From the IMG/VR virus record IMGVR_UViG_3300048630_000722, positions 1 to 51,123 of that record: 51,123 bases of DNA; one strand, written 5' to 3'. A model generated the notes under the pieces. It saw nothing but the letters and a program-made list of their open reading frames with translations. It did no database searches and was not told the origin of the DNA. This document shows positions 46,006 through 51,123 of this stretch, piece by piece. Made by a program: the position numbers and the translations under genes. The DNA comes from a virus. Taxonomy: Duplodnaviria; Caudoviricetes. How positions within the stretch are numbered: the stretch's first letter is position 1; every line of letters starts with the position of its first letter.

Positions 46006-46862
46006 TGCAACCGGACCTGTTCTCCTCCCTCAGCGGAGCGGGGCCGCTTCCGGCCCCGCTCACCCCGGTCCAGGCCGTCGCGCTCCCGTGCGGCGGCCGG
46101 GCCCACGTGAAGCGGGACGACCTCCTGAGCACGCACGGCGTCCTCGGAGGGAAGGGCCGGACCCTCGCCGCCCTCGCGGACGGGGCGAGCGGCCTCGTCG
46201 TCTACGCCGCGCGGGAGTCCCCTCAGCCGGCGCGAGCGGCCCGGCTCTGCCGGGAGCTAGGGCTGCCCTGCCGCGTGCACGTCCCGGCCGGGGCGGGGAC
46301 CGAGAGCGTCGCGCAGGCGGAGGCGGACGGGGCGACGGTGATCCGGCACCGCCCCGGCTACCTCTCCGTCCTCTCCGCGCGCGCCCGAGAGGACGCCGCG
46401 CGGACCGGCCTCCGCCTCGTCCCGTTCGGCGGGCTGAGCCGGGCCGCGGCCGAGGCCCTCGCCCCGCAGGTGCGGAACGTCCCGGAGGACGCCGGCCGCC
46501 TCGTCGTCCCGCTCGGCTCCGGCACGACGCTCGCGGGCGTCCTCCTCGGCCGGCAGACCTACGGCCGCCGCTGGCCCGTCCTCGCCGTCCGCGTGGGGCA
46601 CGACCCGTCCCGGTCCCTCGACGCCCTCGTGCCCGGCTGGCGCGCGCTCTGCGCGGTCACGGACGCGCCGGAGGCGTACGCGGAGGCCGGGGACGGCGAG
46701 CTCCCCGGCGTCCCGCTCCACCCGAACTACGAGGCGAAGTGCGTCCGGCACCTCCGGCCCGGCGACTGCCTCTGGGTCGTGGGCTCCGCGCAGGCCGTCG
46801 AGGCCGAGGCCGTCGAGCCGGAGGCCGTCGAAAAAAACGGCGGGGGACTGGATCCACTCTGA
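46005..46862 (+). CDS. PLP-dependent enzyme, ACC deaminase / D-cysteine desulfhydrase-like
   Basis: HVKRDDL..GGKGR, VPLGSGTTLAG and PNYEAK motifs. Confidence 0.75.
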   Translation: MQPDLFSSLSGAGPLPAPLTPVQAVALPCGGRAHVKRDDLLSTHGVLGGKGRTLAALADGASGLVVYAARESPQPARAARLCRELGLPCRVHVPAGAGTESVAQAEADGATVIRHRPGYLSVLSARAREDAARTGLRLVPFGGLSRAAAEALAPQVRNVPEDAGRLVVPLGSGTTLAGVLLGRQTYGRRWPVLAVRVGHDPSRSLDALVPGWRALCAVTDAPEAYAEAGDGELPGVPLHPNYEAKCVRHLRPGDCLWVVGSAQAVEAEAVEPEAVEKNGGGLDPL

Positions 46863-46878
46863 TACGTTGGTGTATCAT
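46832..46878 (+). promoter_or_regulatory. 47-bp early promoter/operator block, copy 2 (diverged)
   Basis: A tract..CTGATACGTTGGTG-TATCAT with the same spacing as copies 1 and 3. Confidence 0.7.
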
Positions 46879-46885
46879 TTACACA

Positions 46886-46949
46886 GGCGCCCGCCACACC
46901 GCGCCCGCTCACCGCCGCACGCCACACCGCGGCACAGACCCACAGACCG
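46886..46949 (+). repeat. Double hairpin-leader element
   Basis: GGCGC-CCGCCACACC-GCGCC and GCCGC-ACGCCACACC-GCGGC, then ACCCACAGACCG-ATG. Confidence 0.88.
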
Positions 46950-47459
46950 ATGTTCAGCACGCTCACCCGCCGGGGACGCGCCAACGCGCGCCGGTTCGCC
47001 TCCGCCCAGCGCGCCTACGACCTAGCCCTGCCCCCGTGCGAGCGCGAGGGCCCGTACTGCGTCCGGTGCGGGAGCCCGGAAGTGATGACGGACCGGGGAG
47101 ACCACGAGACGGGCCCGACGTTCGAGTGCCCGGGGTGCGCGGCCCGGGAGGAGCGGCACCGCGCGCGAGGCCGGTTCCTCACCCGGCGGACCCGGGCGCG
47201 CGGGGAGAGCCGGCGCGCGGAGGCGTTCCGCCTGCGCGGCGGCTACCGGACCGCCCCCGCGCACCCCGTCGTCCGCGGCGTCTACCCGGACGGGGCCCCC
47301 TTCTACCGGGTGTGTCTGACGGACTCCGGGCTAGAGACCTACACGCGGAGCGCGGAGCGGGCCGGCGTCCGGCTCCTCCGCGTCGACCTCGCCCGCGCCT
47401 CCCGCCTCCCGGACTCCCACCCGGCCGTGCCGGAGCCGGAGTACGACCTGCCGTTCTAG
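46950..47459 (+). CDS. Hypothetical zinc-finger protein
   Basis: CVRC..CPGC motifs; ATG at the leader. Confidence 0.6.
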   Translation: MFSTLTRRGRANARRFASAQRAYDLALPPCEREGPYCVRCGSPEVMTDRGDHETGPTFECPGCAAREERHRARGRFLTRRTRARGESRRAEAFRLRGGYRTAPAHPVVRGVYPDGAPFYRVCLTDSGLETYTRSAERAGVRLLRVDLARASRLPDSHPAVPEPEYDLPF

Positions 47460-47548
47460 CGGCCGGCCCGGCGCGCGGGTAGCTCCGCCGCCGGGCCCTG
47501 CCTCCCGCCGGACTAGGCCCCGGCCCGCGCGCCCCGGACGGGCGCAGA

Positions 47549-47584
47549 GCGGCACGCCACACCGCCGCGCAGACCCACGGACCG
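47549..47584 (+). repeat. Hairpin-leader element
   Basis: GCGGC-ACGCCACACC-GCCGC, then ACCCACGGACCG-ATG. Confidence 0.85.
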
Positions 47585-47809
47585 ATGCCGAACACGCTCA
47601 CCGCCCCCTCCCCCCGCGCCCGCGCCGACCGCGACGCGGCGCTCCTGACCGCCTACAACGCCGGGGCCCTCGCCGCCTGCACCGGGGCGCCCTGCCCGCA
47701 CGCCGAGGGCACGCCGGAGTTCGACGCCTACCACGCCGGGTGGGGCGACGCCCTCCGCGCGCGGACCGTCCCCGCCGCCGCGCTCCGCCGGACCGCGCGC
47801 CTCGCCTAA
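47585..47809 (+). CDS. Small RMF-like protein
   Basis: AYNAGALAACTG..CPH..AYHAGW resembles the ribosome modulation factor pattern. Confidence 0.5.
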   Translation: MPNTLTAPSPRARADRDAALLTAYNAGALAACTGAPCPHAEGTPEFDAYHAGWGDALRARTVPAAALRRTARLA

Positions 47810-47867
47810 CCCCGCACCGTGGCCCGGCCGGGGACGTCCCCGGCCGGCGCCTCAGACCCACAGACGA

Positions 47868-48575
47868 ATGAGCACCGCCCGCCGCATCGCCTCCGGAGAG
47901 GAGAGCGCCGCCGCCACGCACCACCCGGCGCCGCCGGAGTCCACGAGCATCGAGGGGTTCGCCCTCACCTCGCCCGCCGGCTACTACGTCCTCGTATCCG
48001 CCCTCTGCCTCGCCCGCCCCGGCTGGGCCGTCATGCGGGGCCTCCCGCTGTCCCACCCGCTGATCGGCGCCGCCGTCCTGGACGTAGACCGCGGCGCGCC
48101 CGGCGCGGCCGAGCACGTCCGGGCGTTCTTCTCCGGCCGCGGGGCCGGCGCCTACATGAGCAGCCGGGACCCTCAGCGGATCGCCGACATGAAGCGCTGG
48201 CTCGGCGGCCGGCTCCCCGGGCAGACGGAGCTCGAGCGTCGGATGCGGGACCGCGCCCGGGAGACCGTCGTGGCCCTCCCCGGCGGGCCCGGTGAGTACG
48301 CGGTGAGCTACGCGGGCAGGGAGGGGGAGGACCCCTACCCGGTCGGGACGTTCTCCGGCGTCCGGCAGGCCGAGGCCGCCGTCTACGTCGCCGCCGCGGA
48401 ACGGGCCCTCCGAGGGCGCCCGGACTTCGGGCCCGAGGCGTTCGCGGTCCGGTCCCTCACCGCGGACGGACCCGGGCACCCCCTGCAGACGGCGGACCTC
48501 CTCAGCGCCCGCCTCGGCTTCGCCCCGCACCGCGGCGCGCCGGGCCCCTACGCCCCAGACGAGGCCGAGGGGTAG
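47868..48575 (+). CDS. Hypothetical protein
   Basis: ATG after ACCCACAGACGA. Confidence 0.6.
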   Translation: MSTARRIASGEESAAATHHPAPPESTSIEGFALTSPAGYYVLVSALCLARPGWAVMRGLPLSHPLIGAAVLDVDRGAPGAAEHVRAFFSGRGAGAYMSSRDPQRIADMKRWLGGRLPGQTELERRMRDRARETVVALPGGPGEYAVSYAGREGEDPYPVGTFSGVRQAEAAVYVAAAERALRGRPDFGPEAFAVRSLTADGPGHPLQTADLLSARLGFAPHRGAPGPYAPDEAEG

Positions 48576-48592
48576 GCGACGGCGCGAGGTCG

Positions 48593-48639
48593 AAAAAAGT
48601 CGGCCCGCCTGAAACCAGCTTGATACGCTGGTGTATATT
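48593..48639 (+). promoter_or_regulatory. 47-bp early promoter/operator block, copy 3
   Basis: 44 of 47 positions identical to 44784-44830. Confidence 0.8.
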
Positions 48640-48646
48640 GAGCACA

Positions 48647-48689
48647 CGGCGCACGCCACACCGCGCCGACTCACCAACCCCACAGACCG
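48647..48689 (+). repeat. Hairpin-leader element
   Basis: CGGCGC-ACGCCACACC-GCGCCG, then CCCCACAGACCG-ATG. Confidence 0.88.
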
Positions 48690-49220
48690 ATGCCCCGCAC
48701 CTTCGCCTCCGCCCTCGCCGAGATCTCCCAGGGTCACGTTGACTCCGCCGCCCGTGACGCACAGAAGATGCGCGAGAAGGCCGCCGAGATCGCCGCGGCC
48801 GACGACGACGCCCTCGCGCTCCGCCTCACCGCCGACCTCGCCGCCTGGTACGGCAAGGCCGCCGCGACGGCGACGGAGAAGGCCCGCGCCGTCCGCGCCC
48901 TCCAAACGCTGAACGAGGAGTTCTCCGACCCGGAGGGCGACGTGACGCAGGCCGACGTGATCGAGTACCTCGCCGGGCGGCTGGCGCAGTCCGTCCGTTC
49001 CGCCTACGTGTTCACCGGCTCCGGCTCCTCCGGCGCGGGGCACCGCGCGCAGGAGGAGGGCGCGGCCGAGGGGCACGCGGAGGCCGCCCGGATCTTCGCC
49101 CGGACGCTGCAGGCGCTCCGGCGTGCCGAGGACTACGCCGTGGCTTCCTGGGAAGCAAAGACGGCGGACGCCGCCGTCGCCGCCGACCGCGCCCTCGCCG
49201 CCTTCGACATCGTCTACTAG
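48690..49220 (+). CDS. Hypothetical helical protein
   Basis: ATG at the leader. Confidence 0.65.
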   Translation: MPRTFASALAEISQGHVDSAARDAQKMREKAAEIAAADDDALALRLTADLAAWYGKAAATATEKARAVRALQTLNEEFSDPEGDVTQADVIEYLAGRLAQSVRSAYVFTGSGSSGAGHRAQEEGAAEGHAEAARIFARTLQALRRAEDYAVASWEAKTADAAVAADRALAAFDIVY

Positions 49221-49309
49221 GCGCGTCCCCGGCCCGGCGGTGGGTAGAACTGCCGCCGGGTCCTCCGCCTCACGCTGAGGCGCACCGCGCCGGACGGACT
49301 CCGGCACCC

Positions 49310-49343
49310 GCCCCACGCCACACCGGGGCACGCCCACAGACCG
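49310..49343 (+). repeat. Hairpin-leader element
   Basis: GCCCC-ACGCCACACC-GGGGC, then CCCACAGACCG-ATG. Confidence 0.85.
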
Positions 49344-49721
49344 ATGCCGAACACCCGCACCGCCAACGCAAAGAAGGACGCCCCGCCCCGCCGCGAGGTC
49401 GGCGTCTACCACCCGTCCGAGGACTTCGTGACCGCGCCCGCGCACGTCGCCGTCATGGACTCCGAGACGAGCGGGCTCGTCGCCGTCACCGGCTACGCGG
49501 ACGAGGAGCCGGACGTCCTCCGGGCCTCCGCGGAGGACGCCGCCGCCTTCGCCGTCGCGCACGAGGCCCTCCGCGCCTGCTCGTTCGCGCTGAGCGTCCT
49601 GAAGTCACACGGCCTGTTCGAGCTCAGCGAGCAGCTCGCCGCGGACAAGCTCACCGCCGTCCTCACGCGCCGCGACGACGTCCGCGCGGACGCCCTCCGG
49701 CAGTTCGACCTCTCCGAGTAG
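49344..49721 (+). CDS. Hypothetical protein
   Basis: ATG at the leader. Confidence 0.65.
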   Translation: MPNTRTANAKKDAPPRREVGVYHPSEDFVTAPAHVAVMDSETSGLVAVTGYADEEPDVLRASAEDAAAFAVAHEALRACSFALSVLKSHGLFELSEQLAADKLTAVLTRRDDVRADALRQFDLSE

Positions 49722-49756
49722 CCACGGCGCCGGACCTCCCCGGCGCCCTCCCTCAC

Positions 49757-49792
49757 CCGGCACGCCACACCGCCGGACAGACCCACAGACGA
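49757..49792 (+). repeat. Hairpin-leader element
   Basis: CCGGC-ACGCCACACC-GCCGG, then ACCCACAGACGA-ATG. Confidence 0.88.
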
Positions 49793-50182
49793 ATGAAGAA
49801 CCTAGCCCGCCGCCTCGCGCGGCTCCTCCTCCGCTACGCCGGGGACGCCGGCCCGGCCGTCTCCTGCGCGGACCTCCGCCGGTTCGCCGAGGCGCAGGAG
49901 CGCATGGCGGACCACCTCACGGCCGCGGCCGAGGAGCCGACGACGCCGACGCTCCGCCGGTTCAAGATGCGCGGGGGCGCGGACGCCCTCGGCACCTTCG
50001 CCGTCCTCCTCCGCCGCCTAGCGAACGGCGAGCCGCCGGACTCCGTCACGGCCTCCGTGGACGCCGCGCTCCGGGAGACCACCGGCCGGCTCCGCGCTCA
50101 GCGCGACGCGGAGGCGGCCCGGCGCGCGGCGCTCACGCCGGACCCGTTCCCCGTGAACGGACAGCCGCGGAGGGCCGCCTGA
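49793..50182 (+). CDS. Hypothetical protein
   Basis: ATG at the leader. Confidence 0.6.
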   Translation: MKNLARRLARLLLRYAGDAGPAVSCADLRRFAEAQERMADHLTAAAEEPTTPTLRRFKMRGGADALGTFAVLLRRLANGEPPDSVTASVDAALRETTGRLRAQRDAEAARRAALTPDPFPVNGQPRRAA

Positions 50183-50186
50183 CGCC

Positions 50187-50687
50187 ATGAGCCGCCCCAG
50201 AACCGCCGCCGGCCTCAGCCTCCTCCTCTGCCTCACCCTCTGCGCCGCGGCGCCGCAGGGCGCGACGGACAAGGCCAGGCGGCCCTCCCGCCGCTCAGCG
50301 GACGACCTCACCTACGACGACGTCGAGCCGTACCTCGACGCCGCCGGCCTCGCCCTCTCCCTCCTCACCCTCCTCGACGGGGACGACCGCCGGACCCCGG
50401 CGCCCCGCTCCGAGTACGCCCCCGGAACCGTGACCCTCCAGACCGCCACCGCAGACGTGACCGAATGCCCCCACCCGGACGGCTGGCCCGCCTTCGCGCG
50501 GGGCCTCCGCGAGCACCTCGGGGAGACCCAGCGGGAGTTCGCCGAGCGCCTCGGCGGGCGCCAGCCGACCGTGGCCGAGACGGAGACGGGCGCGCGGGAG
50601 CCGACCGCGATGCTCGCCGCGCTCCTCGTCCTCATCGCCCGCACGGAGGGGTACGACCCGGCCCGGGGTGCCGAGGGGGATGAGTGA
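50187..50687 (+). CDS. Protein with hydrophobic N-terminus and C-terminal XRE HTH
   Basis: LREHLGETQREFAERLGGRQPTVAETETGAREP motif. Confidence 0.65.
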   Translation: MSRPRTAAGLSLLLCLTLCAAAPQGATDKARRPSRRSADDLTYDDVEPYLDAAGLALSLLTLLDGDDRRTPAPRSEYAPGTVTLQTATADVTECPHPDGWPAFARGLREHLGETQREFAERLGGRQPTVAETETGAREPTAMLAALLVLIARTEGYDPARGAEGDE

Positions 50688-50960
50688 GCCAACGGACCGC
50701 CCGATCCCCGACGTCAGTACGGAGGACCAGCTGAAGTGCCTCGACCGGGAGCTCGCCCTGCGCCGGAACGTCTACGCCCGGCGAGTGCAGGAGGGGAAGA
50801 TGAGCCGGGAGGACGCCGCGCGGGAGTACGACACGATGCGGGCCGTCCGCCGCACCGTGGAGCTCGCCGCCGCGGCCGCCTCCCCCGTCTGCCGGACGCG
50901 CTCCTGCAGACGGGGGAGACCGCGGACCTCCTCCGGGCCTACCTCGGGCCCGACGCCTGA
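50680..50960 (+). CDS. Phage hypothetical protein, possibly frameshifted near 50880
   Basis: QLKCLDRELALRRNVY..GKMSREDA; coding-like codons switch to the -1 frame, which ends at 50960. Confidence 0.45.
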
Positions 50961-51123
50961 GCGCGCCCGCCTGAGCGCGCCCCGCCCCCGCCGCGCCTTC
51001 AGCGGGGTCCGGTGCGGGGCGAGGCGCGCGAGACGTCCCGCCGGAGCTACTGTAGCCTGGGTACGCGCCGGGTACGCCGGAGCCCCGGAACGGACCGGAG
51101 CGGAGCCGAACGGGGCCGAATGA

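Larger units (their letters stand above)
1..51123. mobile_element. Temperate phage/prophage with contractile tail (Mu/P2-like structural genes, CI repressor, tyrosine integrase)
   Basis: Terminase, portal, capsid, sheath, tube, tape measure, baseplate, endolysin, repressor and integrase are all present. No host housekeeping genes are seen. Confidence 0.95.

Noticed and set aside
44836-49792. Repeated leaders as a CRISPR array or integron attC sites
   Set aside because: The repeats are separated by whole genes with irregular spacing and no cas genes are present. They lack GTTRRRY/RYYYAAC boxes, and the integrase shows no evident IntI features.
1-51123. TAG stop-codon reassignment
   Set aside because: TAG terminates many genes at their expected lengths (portal, sheath, tube, methyltransferase), and no suppressor tRNA is present.
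1-51123. Transposable Mu-type replication, DGR or retron
   Set aside because: No DDE transposase, MuB-like ATPase or reverse transcriptase motifs were seen, and no TR/VR repeat pair.

Overview
The window is an essentially complete temperate myovirus genome or prophage of very high GC. Frequent TAG stops and the absence of Shine-Dalgarno motifs suggest a Rhodothermota-like host, but this is weak inference. The left arm (1-33058, mostly minus strand) carries Mu/P2-like morphogenesis genes in a permuted order: protease/scaffold, capsid, neck, sheath/tube, tape measure, baseplate, lysis, terminase, an atypical tRNA-fMet-like gene, portal/MuF, baseplate J/I and RcGTA-like head-spike genes. The centre holds a CI-like repressor and the immunity switch. 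The right arm (plus strand) holds replication, DNA-modification, integrase and many small early genes. Main unexplained signals: (1) about 16 copies of a stem-loop with a near-invariant ACGCCACACC loop and covarying stems, usually paired with an ACCCACAGAC-N2-4-ATG box at gene starts; (2) five copies of CGACGGGGTGTCGG placed 22 nt before a -10-like hexamer at each late operon; (3) a C-CCU-UUU slippery site predicting a portal-MuF -1 frameshift fusion; (4) an initiator-type tRNA with a rewired anticodon arm. All calls come from reading the sequence by eye; no database searches were run.
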